57,479 nt of DNA from an uncultured Myxococcota bacterium. GTDB taxonomy: Bacteria; Myxococcota_A; UBA796. The translations under genes and the position numbers were made by a program. Under the pieces are notes generated by a model. The model made no database searches. It was not told the DNA's origin and saw nothing but the letters and a program-made list of their open reading frames with translations. The DNA lies in NCBI GenBank assembly GCA_965661045.1, contig CBFICN010000003.1, positions 1 to 57,479 of the forward strand. Reading direction: 5' to 3'. Positions 25,158 through 33,627 of the stretch are shown here, one piece after another. Each line of letters opens with the position of its first letter. The first letter of the stretch is position 1.

Positions 25158-26285
25158 ATGATGGCGGCTTTGTTTGCTCTTTGTTTGACGCCATTGTTGA
25201 TTGCAGTTGTCAATTTCTTGACTTGGTACAGGCCTGTTGGAAAAACACGTGACGCTTCAACGGCTCGCATTTCTGTGTTGATTCCCGTGCGAAACGAAGA
25301 ACACAATATTAGACAGTGCCTTGAACACGTCTATGATTCAGACACTGCTCCATTTGAAGTGATTGTCTACAATGACAACAGTACAGACGCAACCGCTGAA
25401 CAACTCAAAGCTATTCAAGTGCGGTACCCATCCTTGAAGGTTCTGCATGGAGCCGCTTTACCAATGGGTTGGGCCGGAAAGAACCACGCTTGTCATCAAC
25501 TTTCGAAAAGTGCTTCGGGAGACATTTTTGTTTTTTTGGATGCCGACACCAGGTTGATGTCTGGGTGCTTGCGTCACGTTCGGAGCATCGCCTATAGTCA
25601 AACATTGCCGTCTGATATGGTTTCTGTTCTGCCAAAGCAAACCATGCAGACCTTTTCTGAGCAATTGCTCATGCCCTTTCTACACCTTACCTTTGTGTCT
25701 TGGCTTCCACTCGAACTGGTGCGTCGATTGCCCTTTCCATCCATGACAGCCGCCATTGGTCAGGTCTTGGCTATTAAATCTGAGGCGTACAATCAATCGG
25801 GTGGTTTTGCTGCGATTCCAAATCAGTTGGTTGACGATATGGCATTGGCCACCCTATTCAAGAAGAATGGACAGACGGTGCGGTTTGTGGATGGGCACCA
25901 ACTCGTTTCTTGTCGTATGTATTCTTCTTTGTCTGACATTTGGCAAGGGTTTAGTAAAAATGTCTTTTTGGGCTTGAAGCAGAATATTTTCTTGTGGCTC
26001 TTTGTCATTGCATTGTACACACTCTGTTTTGTGCTCCCCTTTGTATTGCTGGCCTGTCTGCCGTTGTTGGAACCATCCATGGTTGGTTGGGTACTAGGGG
26101 GTGTTGGGGCGAATTACACGCTGAGGGTACTGCTGGCTCTTCGATATGAACAGTCCTGGTCGTCCGTTTTGTGTCATCCAATTGCCAGTGTGATCGCCAT
26201 CGGAATATTTTTCAACTCCGGACTGCAAACTTTAACCAAGGGTGTGGAGTGGAAAGGGCGCACCTATGGCAACGTCAAATCGTAG
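25158..26285 (+). CDS. Family-2 glycosyltransferase, CrtQ/CruC-like (carotenoid glycosyltransferase-like), membrane-embedded
   Basis: ATG 25158 after GGGAGAG; the upstream 76 codons of the ORF track are AT-rich non-coding. Motifs ISVLIPVRNEEHNI, VYNDNSTD, MGWAGKNHACHQ, FLDADT, C-terminal TM bundle ending VEWKGRTY. As I recall it, this is the same layout and terminal motif as Staphylococcus CrtQ. Confidence 0.7.
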   Translation: MMAALFALCLTPLLIAVVNFLTWYRPVGKTRDASTARISVLIPVRNEEHNIRQCLEHVYDSDTAPFEVIVYNDNSTDATAEQLKAIQVRYPSLKVLHGAALPMGWAGKNHACHQLSKSASGDIFVFLDADTRLMSGCLRHVRSIAYSQTLPSDMVSVLPKQTMQTFSEQLLMPFLHLTFVSWLPLELVRRLPFPSMTAAIGQVLAIKSEAYNQSGGFAAIPNQLVDDMALATLFKKNGQTVRFVDGHQLVSCRMYSSLSDIWQGFSKNVFLGLKQNIFLWLFVIALYTLCFVLPFVLLACLPLLEPSMVGWVLGGVGANYTLRVLLALRYEQSWSSVLCHPIASVIAIGIFFNSGLQTLTKGVEWKGRTYGNVKS

Positions 26286-27033
26286 ACACCCAATGGGAAA
26301 TCATTCTAAAGACGAGCGCGTACCGTTGTTTTATCGATTCATTCGATGGTTGATGGTGCGTAAACTTGGTCAGAATCTTGAGCAGGTATACATTCAGAAT
26401 CTTGAACAGGTTCAACACTTGCTCATCGAACAAAGCGTCATCATTGCCCCCAATCACGTGTGTTATTGGGATTCTTGCATGTATTTTTTGTTGAGTGGTT
26501 TGTTGGGACCACGTGCCTTTGTTTTGGTTGCCCAACAGACGCTGCGTCGATTGCCGTTTCTACGTTGGTGTGGGTCGATTCCCTTGAATACAGACTCCAA
26601 AGAGCAAGCCATTGCGCAATTGAAGGGGCTGTCCAATCTCAACACAGAGTCTACGCAGTTTTGGATTTTTCCGCAAGGGGAACACCGTCCGACTCAATGC
26701 ATGCCGTTGAAGTGTAAAAAAGGTGTGCTGCTGCTTGCCCAAGATTTGAAAATACCCATTGTTCCTATGTCCATTCAGTATTTGTATCGAAATTCTGAGC
26801 AACCTGTCGCCTATATCTCTTTTCAATCGTCACTATCGCACACTGTTGGTCTTAGCGAACTCGAACAGTCATTGAAGCAGGGGCTGGATGCATCCATACA
26901 GCATCATCTTGGTGAAGAAACACTGTCCTTTGTTCCATACTTTCCAGGGATTCAAGCTAGCCGAGATGATCTTCCAACCCGAATACTGGCTTGGTTTTCG
27001 GGCATGATTTTGGGTGATGTGTCCAAAAACTGA
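26266..27033 (+). CDS. PlsC/LPLAT-family acyltransferase
   Basis: HX4D motif APNHVCYWDS and FPQGEHRP (motif III). Overlaps the GT2 gene by 20 nt if ATG 26266 is used (GGAAAGGG RBS); alternative start ATG 26293. Confidence 0.75.
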   Translation: MATSNRRHPMGNHSKDERVPLFYRFIRWLMVRKLGQNLEQVYIQNLEQVQHLLIEQSVIIAPNHVCYWDSCMYFLLSGLLGPRAFVLVAQQTLRRLPFLRWCGSIPLNTDSKEQAIAQLKGLSNLNTESTQFWIFPQGEHRPTQCMPLKCKKGVLLLAQDLKIPIVPMSIQYLYRNSEQPVAYISFQSSLSHTVGLSELEQSLKQGLDASIQHHLGEETLSFVPYFPGIQASRDDLPTRILAWFSGMILGDVSKN

Positions 27034-27038
27034 TGCAA

Positions 27039-27067
27039 AGAAACCCAAACAAGCGTTTCTTAATTTT
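27039..27067 (+). terminator. Possible weak terminator between the convergent acyltransferase and iscX-like genes
   Basis: AGAAAC-N10-GTTTCT followed by TAATTTT. Short AT-rich stem. Confidence 0.3.
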
Positions 27068-27075
27068 CAGTGGCG

Positions 27076-27321
27076 TCATCGTTTTGAAAAATCGTATGGA
27101 TCGTCTGCGTCTGGATTGTCTTCTTTCCATTCTTCATACCAAATCATCTGAATGGCCTCGAGGTGCCCTTCAGTCGAAGCTTCAGGGTCTCCATCAAAAT
27201 CTTCCAGTGCCACAATCCAATCGTGTAATTCAGTGAACCGAATGGACAATGGGTGGATATCAGGCTTGAGATCGTAGAGTTCTTCAGCGATTTCGCGTGT
27301 GTTGTTCCAGTTGAGGGCCAT
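27076..27321 (-). CDS. iscX: IscX (YfhJ)-like Fe-S assembly accessory protein
   Basis: From ATG 27321: MALNWNNTREIAEELYDLKPDIHPLSIRFTELHDWIVALEDFDGDPEASTEGHLEAIQMIWYEEW, which closely parallels E. coli IscX (WTDSREIGEALYD...VRFTDMHQWI..LEDFDDDP...LEAI). The 60-codon upstream extension in the ORF track is rejected. Confidence 0.75.
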   Translation of the reverse strand: MALNWNNTREIAEELYDLKPDIHPLSIRFTELHDWIVALEDFDGDPEASTEGHLEAIQMIWYEEWKEDNPDADDPYDFSKR

Positions 27322-27393
27322 CTGTGCTCCAAGAGTTTTCAATGGTGTTAGTTTATATGAGAATATATCGACTTTGACCTGTCGGGAGTATCG

Positions 27394-28728
27394 ATGTCTG
27401 ATTTTTTTACCAATCCAGTGGTGCAAACAGTGTTTGGACTGGCTGTGTGCTTTGTCATCGCTTCTTGGTTGACCAGAATTCCCAAACTCAAGCAGTTGCA
27501 TTTGCCTTTGTCAATCGTAGCCGGAGCCGTAGGGGTACTTGCTCGGTATATAGATCCGACTTGGATGGATGTCGACGTACTCAAGACACTGGTTTATCAC
27601 GGATTGGCCTTGGTGTTCATCACGGTTGGGTTGCAGGTTCCACCACCCAACACCAAAACAAAGGAATCTCTCACCATTGGCTTTGCGATTTCTTCAATGG
27701 GTGCGATGCAAGGGTTTTTGGGCGCGACCGTGGTGATGTTGCTTTCCGCTTTGCAAGGCAGTCAATTGCATATCGGTTTGGGCCTACTGTTGCCACTTGG
27801 GTTCAATCAGGGACCAGGTCAAGCATTGTCGTTTGGACGGGTATGGGAGACGACTGGTTTGGAAAATGGGGCTGACATTGGCATCATCATTGCTGCGATG
27901 GGCTTTGTTTGGAGTGTGATCGTGGGGATCCCGTTGGTTGTGTACGGTCGTCAAAAAGGGTGGGTGGAACGTGATCTGGAGGGCTTGTCTTTTGACTCAG
28001 GTGTCACCGAGCAGACGGTCCCCAATTGGCTGAGTCGCCCAGAAACACTGAGCAACAGTGTGGCACTGGTGATTGGCACGTACTTTTTGACGTATGTACT
28101 GATTGATGGAGTCACCGAGCAGTTGGTGTCCAAACCCAAGATTGTCAACATGCTTTGGGGATTGCACTTTGTCATCGCGTTGTTCGTCGCGATGGGTATT
28201 CGACAAATGTTGCTTCGCTTCGTTGACGCTGATGGTGTAAAAGGGCACAATCAACGTCTCCAAGTGCTCAGCAATCTGACGGTGGATGTGACGACAGCAT
28301 CTGGATTGGTGGCCATTCAAGTTGCGGTGTTGTCTTCAAATTTGGGGGTGGTATTGTTGCTGACGACCTTGGGTGGTGTGGCGTCATTGGGCATGGCACT
28401 GGTTTTGTTTCGACGGGTGTTTGAACGATTGCCGTTTCACCACTTGGTTGTCTGGTTTGGTTCTTGTACCGGCACCTTTCCGATGGGGCTGTCGTTGTTG
28501 AGAATGATCGATCCCAACTTGAGTACCCCGTGTGCAACAAATTACTCTAAGGGTTCAGCATTTGCGTTGATCACATCGGCCCCTTTGTTGGTCTTGTTGG
28601 CCTACGCCATCGGTCAGTACCCCGACAATTACCCCAGTGCAGGATGGACTACGATGGGACTGTTGTTTGGGTATTGGATGTTCTTGCTGTTTGCCTGGCG
28701 TCGCATATGGGTCAAATCTTCAGATTGA
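27394..28728 (+). CDS. Sodium/glutamate symporter (GltS/ESS family)-like transporter
   Basis: 444 aa, about 12 TM, GGGAG RBS. Resembles GltS at LPLSIVAGAVGVL, GFNQGPGQALSFG and FGSCTGTFPMGLSLLRMI. Assigned by resemblance only. Confidence 0.5.
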   Translation: MSDFFTNPVVQTVFGLAVCFVIASWLTRIPKLKQLHLPLSIVAGAVGVLARYIDPTWMDVDVLKTLVYHGLALVFITVGLQVPPPNTKTKESLTIGFAISSMGAMQGFLGATVVMLLSALQGSQLHIGLGLLLPLGFNQGPGQALSFGRVWETTGLENGADIGIIIAAMGFVWSVIVGIPLVVYGRQKGWVERDLEGLSFDSGVTEQTVPNWLSRPETLSNSVALVIGTYFLTYVLIDGVTEQLVSKPKIVNMLWGLHFVIALFVAMGIRQMLLRFVDADGVKGHNQRLQVLSNLTVDVTTASGLVAIQVAVLSSNLGVVLLLTTLGGVASLGMALVLFRRVFERLPFHHLVVWFGSCTGTFPMGLSLLRMIDPNLSTPCATNYSKGSAFALITSAPLLVLLAYAIGQYPDNYPSAGWTTMGLLFGYWMFLLFAWRRIWVKSSD

Positions 28729-29203
28729 GGGTTCGAAACTCATCGGCATCTGGGTTGTGAAACCGTAAAAAGTCGGCGAAACTCACAGTGCCAGTATTGT
28801 GCTGGAGTGAGGAGAGAATTTCCAATGCCATATCCATAGACACGGCTTGCTCCTCCTCCGAAGGCGGAAGCATCTCTGTTGGAACTTGGGCGGTGTCTGG
28901 CTCTTCTTCGAGTGGTGTTTCTGGAAGGTTGGACTTCCAGCGCAATTGTCCAGACGGATGATAGGCCATCAAAGCGGTTTCGGTGGTGTTTCTCAAAAAG
29001 TAGTCGGTGAACAGTTCAAATCGGACTCGCTGATTGCTGGGTAAATGTTCTTGAATCCTGAGTTCGATCCCAAAGTTTTGCGCATAGTCATACAATATCC
29101 GCCGCATCGAAGCGATGCTGATGGTGTCGTGTTCGTCTGGTTCTCCCAAGTCAAAATACTGTCTCAATTCTTCAGGGGTCATGGGCGATGTGGTCTCACT
29201 CAA
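28712..29203 (-). CDS. Hypothetical acidic cytoplasmic protein
   Basis: 163-aa ORF (TTG start at 29203, or ATG 29182). 3' end overlaps the convergent transporter gene by 17 nt. Confidence 0.45.
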   Translation of the reverse strand: MSETTSPMTPEELRQYFDLGEPDEHDTISIASMRRILYDYAQNFGIELRIQEHLPSNQRVRFELFTDYFLRNTTETALMAYHPSGQLRWKSNLPETPLEEEPDTAQVPTEMLPPSEEEQAVSMDMALEILSSLQHNTGTVSFADFLRFHNPDADEFRTLNLKI

Positions 29204-29279
29204 AGTTTCTTATGTAAAACGGTCAATCAAATCTGGTCAATGTTCTTTTGTGTCGGATACGTTGCACTCAACAGTTGCT

Positions 29280-29993
29280 TTATACAGATGAAGCATAGAT
29301 CAATACAATACTGTAAAATGCTGCCAATAGACCCAACAATCCCAGCAAATACCATCGAAACTCATTCCATATTCCAGTAGGTTGGGTGTGATCTTGAATC
29401 TGACTGGTGTTTTGCAAAACCGCTTCATTGGTCTGCCAACGGCGCAAAGAAGTGGGCGTGGGAATCAACATTGGAACGGCTTCACAGTAGGTGGCGTACT
29501 CTTGTCCAAACCGAAGGTGACAAAAACGTTCTTGAATGAGGCGATTGGAAACAATGGCATAGACGAGCAATATGGGCACAAAGAGCAGTAAAAACGCTGG
29601 GGACCCCCACATGACACCCAGTCCAATGACCCCAAGCAGTTTGCCGAGCACAGAGGGGTGTCGAATGGTTGCGTAGGGTCCAGTATCCACCAATCGGACA
29701 GGTCCTCCGTCGACGTGCGTTCCAGGAGAGCCACCTCCAGCAATGAAGAGATATCCATACACGTACCATACCCACAGTCCACCAATGGCAATCGCGCTGG
29801 CTCCGACTGGATATCTCCAGAAGGGATGTCCAACAGTTTGCCAACCAACGTGCGCATCCAACTGGGTTCCCAGCCAACACATTACCATCGCTGCTGGAAA
29901 CATCACAAACGCATGAATGGCAAAGTTTCTATAGAGTTCAGGACTGCGAATCGCGGCAAAACAGGCAGCAGTGGTGGGGCGAATACGGTTCAT
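29280..29993 (-). CDS. ICMT/PEMT-family membrane methyltransferase
   Basis: 237 aa, multi-TM. GPYATIRHPSVLGKLLGVIGLGVMWGS resembles the RHP(M/S)Y motif of isoprenylcysteine carboxyl / phospholipid methyltransferases. Confidence 0.55.
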   Translation of the reverse strand: MNRIRPTTAACFAAIRSPELYRNFAIHAFVMFPAAMVMCWLGTQLDAHVGWQTVGHPFWRYPVGASAIAIGGLWVWYVYGYLFIAGGGSPGTHVDGGPVRLVDTGPYATIRHPSVLGKLLGVIGLGVMWGSPAFLLLFVPILLVYAIVSNRLIQERFCHLRFGQEYATYCEAVPMLIPTPTSLRRWQTNEAVLQNTSQIQDHTQPTGIWNEFRWYLLGLLGLLAAFYSIVLIYASSV

Positions 29994-30063
29994 AGGGATA
30001 CATGGTCGAATGTGTTATCTATCTGTATCTCATTTTGGGGAAAACGCGACAAGGAAGGTGGCA

Positions 30064-30552
30064 ATGAAAGGGCTGGTTCAACTATTGCTGGGTTTGAACG
30101 TCTTGACCGCTGGTGTGATTGCGTATTGCAGTGGTCCACCGAGGACCGAATATGTGCTGACACCTTTTTATCAAGTGGTGCCCGAGAGAAGTGTGTGGAC
30201 TGCCGAAGAAGTTCAAGCACTCGGTGGAGAAATGCCCAACGCGCTCGAAGCCAGAGACATGGCCAATGGTTTTGCACGATTGGGTTCCACACTCAGTGTA
30301 GACGATGTACTCAAAGGAATTGATGCATTGGAAAGTTCGGAATACCCCCTCAGTACGCAGCAGAAAGAAAATATTTATCAACGCGTTGAAGTCCTCAAAA
30401 AAGACCATCAGAGAATTGTAAGAGTTCAGCGAGAATTGATCTCTTTAGAGCGTGCATTGCGTACCCAGGCTGTCGAGCTTGGAATTATTGAAATTGGGAC
30501 TATTGATCGGGGAATTATTGAGCAGAGTATTGATAAGGGAGGAAGTCCATGA
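30064..30552 (+). CDS. Membrane-anchored helical protein, paralog A (LTXXQ/Spy-CpxP-like)
   Basis: ATG 30064 after AAGGAAGGTGG. N-terminal TM LVQLLLGLNVLTAGVIAY. LSVDDVLKGIDAL, PLSTQQKENIYQRVEVLKKDHQRIVRVQ. Confidence 0.55.
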   Translation: MKGLVQLLLGLNVLTAGVIAYCSGPPRTEYVLTPFYQVVPERSVWTAEEVQALGGEMPNALEARDMANGFARLGSTLSVDDVLKGIDALESSEYPLSTQQKENIYQRVEVLKKDHQRIVRVQRELISLERALRTQAVELGIIEIGTIDRGIIEQSIDKGGSP

Positions 30553-31013
30553 GTGCACAGGCGCATATCCGTTTGATGAAAGGCATTGCTCTGTTTTTGG
30601 GTGTCTTGTTCAGCATTCAACTGTATACCGTGTATAAACTGGAATTTATAGAGAACAGGTCTAATATTCGTACCTTGCCGATTTTGAGTCCCGTCTCTTT
30701 GGCGCATGAACGCGAGATGCGTGGGAAGGAACCCCCACTCAATATCCATGAACTCATGGCGAAAGTTCAGTATGTGGATGCTGATGGTGCTTCGCATGCC
30801 ACAATGAAACAACTTGTCGAGACACGACAGACAATGTTGGCACTGCGCAACGAACGGCATCAACTCAATGTTCGCTTAATGGACAGTGGGGTGGCATTGC
30901 TTCAAGAATTGACCGACGAGCAATGGGCATTTGTACAGTCCCAACGTGACCAAATCCAAGCTGCAACAGAGCTCAAAGAGATGAATCGACTGTTGGAGCG
31001 TTGGTCACAGTAA
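30549..31013 (+). CDS. Membrane-anchored helical protein, paralog B (LTXXQ/Spy-CpxP-like)
   Basis: ATGA overlap with paralog A. TM IALFLGVLFSIQLY. LNIHELMAKVQ, RQTMLALRNERHQLNVRLMDSGVALLQELTDEQWAFVQ. Confidence 0.55.
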   Translation: MSAQAHIRLMKGIALFLGVLFSIQLYTVYKLEFIENRSNIRTLPILSPVSLAHEREMRGKEPPLNIHELMAKVQYVDADGASHATMKQLVETRQTMLALRNERHQLNVRLMDSGVALLQELTDEQWAFVQSQRDQIQAATELKEMNRLLERWSQ

Positions 31014-31481
31014 CTATTGAGAACGCCGCTGCTCTAGGACAGTTTGCCAAACGTTGAGTTCTCCGATGGTTTGGGTATGTAAAGCACGTTCCTCAATCGA
31101 TTGTTGTACGGTTGTGGACGGCAATTCGTTTAATATCTGCAATACGCCTGACTGCATCGCGAGACGATGGGCGACACTTTGATTCAACAAGTTCCGATGC
31201 TGTGTAAACAGTTTGTCCACCCGAGATCGTTCCTGACCGCTGAGCGGAAGGGCCTCCAACAATGCAAAGGGCGGTTCGCTGTGTGTACCAATCATAGACG
31301 GTCCAAGTCCAGGTGTGTGAGTGAGTGGCGGTACATAAGGAGAGCGAACTGCAGGATCTACTGTCGAAGTGTGTGAAATTGTCCAATGCAACCCCAGTAA
31401 GAGCAGTGCGGTTGTCACCGTAAGTACAATGCGCGCTGTATCCTGTACTGCGTCAATTTTGGAGTTCTTGTGTGCGCTCAT
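31014..31481 (-). CDS. Membrane-anchored helical protein, paralog C (LTXXQ/Spy-CpxP-like)
   Basis: TM IVLTVTTALLLLGL. LPLSGQERSRVDKLFTQHRNLLNQSVAHRLAMQSGVLQILNEL. Its stop codon directly abuts the stop codon of convergent paralog B. Confidence 0.55.
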   Translation of the reverse strand: MSAHKNSKIDAVQDTARIVLTVTTALLLLGLHWTISHTSTVDPAVRSPYVPPLTHTPGLGPSMIGTHSEPPFALLEALPLSGQERSRVDKLFTQHRNLLNQSVAHRLAMQSGVLQILNELPSTTVQQSIEERALHTQTIGELNVWQTVLEQRRSQ

Positions 31482-31966
31482 GGTTGTTCTTCAAGTTCAT
31501 TCATGAGTTCACGCCAGTATTGTTCCTCGATTCCTTCTACAGAGTCGGTGTTTCGACGCGAACGAATCTGCATTTTTTGGGTTTCTGAAAGCGAGGTGTA
31601 GAGTTCCAACGCCAGACGGTTCAATTCCAACTCCACAGTTTCAAGCGCCTTCATGTTGTCAATCAACTTCGTTTGTGTTTCTTGCAGGGAGCGAAAGTGT
31701 TCTTGGGCGGCAGTAGAGCGCAACAACGCTGGATTGGCGTGCAACTTTCGAACGATGTCTTCAACAGTGACGGCTTCTCCACCAAGTTCAAAGGTTGTAT
31801 GGATACGGTTGTGAACGGCTCCAGGGGCATGTAGGTCCTCAATTCTGTCCTCTGCTGAAAACAGTGTCACTATGGAACTTGGGGCGGTGTTCCAGCGTAC
31901 CAGCAGTGCGATTGCCAGCAGGATATTCAGCAACTCAAGAGCCAGAATCCAGCGAGTTTTTGTCAT
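31478..31966 (-). CDS. Membrane-anchored helical protein, paralog D (LTXXQ/Spy-CpxP-like)
   Basis: TM WILALELLNILLAIALLV. VTVEDIVRKLHANPAL, EHFRSLQETQTKLIDNMKALE..., SLSETQKMQIRSRR. ATGA overlaps on both sides. Confidence 0.55.
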   Translation of the reverse strand: MTKTRWILALELLNILLAIALLVRWNTAPSSIVTLFSAEDRIEDLHAPGAVHNRIHTTFELGGEAVTVEDIVRKLHANPALLRSTAAQEHFRSLQETQTKLIDNMKALETVELELNRLALELYTSLSETQKMQIRSRRNTDSVEGIEEQYWRELMNELEEQP

Positions 31967-32307
31967 GGCTGTTCATCCAGTAGACCTAACAATCGTACAG
32001 TTTTTCTTTGAGCCTGTACATTGAGCCGCTGATGACTGGCTGACCGTTCACTCAACTCTTTGCGCAAGGCATAGGCTTTTTGTAGTGTAGTGTCATGGAC
32101 CGAAATGTCTGGGTTGAAATGCAACCCCCGTGCGATGTCGTCTGCCGACAAGGGCAGTGGGTTTTGAGTGACTGGTGGTACACCACGATGGGTCATGGGC
32201 AATATCGTCACCACTTTGGAGGGAGAGAGGTGGCCCCAAATCAAGGAGAGTAGTATGAAGACGGCAGTTGTGCCTCGAATGCGGGTACTGTTGTTCATTG
32301 GATTCAT
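31963..32307 (-). CDS. Membrane-anchored helical protein, paralog E (start uncertain: ATG 32307, ATG 32298 or GTG 32346)
   Basis: TM TAVFILLSLIW. LSADDIARGLHFNPDI, LQKAYALRKELSERSASHQRLNVQAQRKTVRLLGLL. Lies immediately downstream of hutI on the same strand. Confidence 0.5.
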   Translation of the reverse strand: MNPMNNSTRIRGTTAVFILLSLIWGHLSPSKVVTILPMTHRGVPPVTQNPLPLSADDIARGLHFNPDISVHDTTLQKAYALRKELSERSASHQRLNVQAQRKTVRLLGLLDEQP

Positions 32308-32326
32308 ACGTCGATGCCCACGGTGC

Positions 32327-33586
32327 TCATTGTTCCACCAATCCACGACGAAGGTGGGCGCTCAACGACATGATTCGGGCATTTTTGGCAACCATGGTGA
32401 CCTTTTTGCTGCCCATGTGTTGGATGACCGACTCCAAGATTGGGGGTTCACCCGGAGGAGGGCGCAACAAAATACAGTCGCTGGCGGAACCATTCCCCAA
32501 CCAACCCAAATGACTGTACCCCAAGGCTTGCCCAGCGTGTCGGGTAATCCCCAAAATCGCCTCTGGGATTGTTAGCCCTTGCAATAAGCAAGACAGCGTT
32601 GCACAGGTCCAAAGGTCGTGGATCGGTGAAGACCCAGGATTTAAGTCTGTGGCCACAGCCATTGGCACACCCGCTTCTCTCAAAAGGCTAGTGGGGGGCG
32701 GACTGTCTTTGAGGTAGAGTTGAGCTCCGGGTAGAAGGGTTGCTACAGTGCCATGTTTTGCCAAGGCTTCCACATCTTCAAGAGTGCATCGCTCTAGGTG
32801 ATCTACACAAGTGGCACCCATTTTGGCAGCCGTGGCAGCGATTCCAGTGTGTGTGACTTGCTCCGCGTGTGCTCGAATGGAGAGTCCCATCTCTTTGGCG
32901 GCTTGCAGTATGTCAATCGACTCATCTAAAGTGAATGCACCACGATCACAATAGACGTCGGCAGCAACGATCCACTCTCGACAAGCAGGCAATTGTTCTT
33001 CGATGATGTTTCGCACAAACTCACCGCGTCGATCTTGCCATTCCACTGGAATTGTGTGTGCCAAAAAGGTTCCAACCGTACTGATGGGCAGTCCGTGGGT
33101 TTTGATCAGTCGATGTGCTCGAGCCTCCGACTCCGTAGATAAACCATAGCCTCCCTTGACTTCAACAGTGGTGACGCCCTTGTGGATCATTTGGGTGAGG
33201 CGCTCCTTAAACGCTGTCGATAGACTGGATTTATCTCCATCTCGGGTCGCGCGAACAGTGCTGTGAATTCCACCACCAGATTCCAGTATGTCAGCATAGG
33301 AAGCACCGGCCAAACGAGCGGCAAACTCTGTGGAGCGAGAACCACCATAGAAGGCATGGGTGTGGCAATCCACCAATCCAGGCATCAGAATGCATCCGTC
33401 CGCATCCAGCATTGTCTTCGCACTGGGGGCGTCTTTGCTTGGGCCAATGTAGACCACTTTATGGTTTTTAAAAGCGATGGCTGCTTGTTCAAGTCTCCCA
33501 AGTGGATTGTCAGACGTTGAGTCCGTTGCACTCATTGTATATAGGGTAGAGATATTGTGTATACAGAGATCGACCATCGCAGTCAC
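32327..33586 (-). CDS. hutI: Imidazolonepropionase
   Basis: 419 aa. LMPGLVDCHTHAFYGGSR, SYADILESGGGIHSTVRATR, TTVEVKGGYGL, HAEQ, DHLE, ATDLNPGSSP are the HutI amidohydrolase motifs. Confidence 0.9.
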   Translation of the reverse strand: MTAMVDLCIHNISTLYTMSATDSTSDNPLGRLEQAAIAFKNHKVVYIGPSKDAPSAKTMLDADGCILMPGLVDCHTHAFYGGSRSTEFAARLAGASYADILESGGGIHSTVRATRDGDKSSLSTAFKERLTQMIHKGVTTVEVKGGYGLSTESEARAHRLIKTHGLPISTVGTFLAHTIPVEWQDRRGEFVRNIIEEQLPACREWIVAADVYCDRGAFTLDESIDILQAAKEMGLSIRAHAEQVTHTGIAATAAKMGATCVDHLERCTLEDVEALAKHGTVATLLPGAQLYLKDSPPPTSLLREAGVPMAVATDLNPGSSPIHDLWTCATLSCLLQGLTIPEAILGITRHAGQALGYSHLGWLGNGSASDCILLRPPPGEPPILESVIQHMGSKKVTMVAKNARIMSLSAHLRRGLVEQ

Positions 33587-33627
33587 CGTGTTGGAGTTTG
33601 CATCAAGAAGTCGTTATCTTGAAAGGT

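Noticed and set aside
27322-27501. 60-codon upstream extension of the IscX-like ORF
   Set aside because: IscX homology begins exactly at the internal Met (MALNWNN...). The extension overlaps the start of the divergent transporter gene at 27394 and its promoter region.
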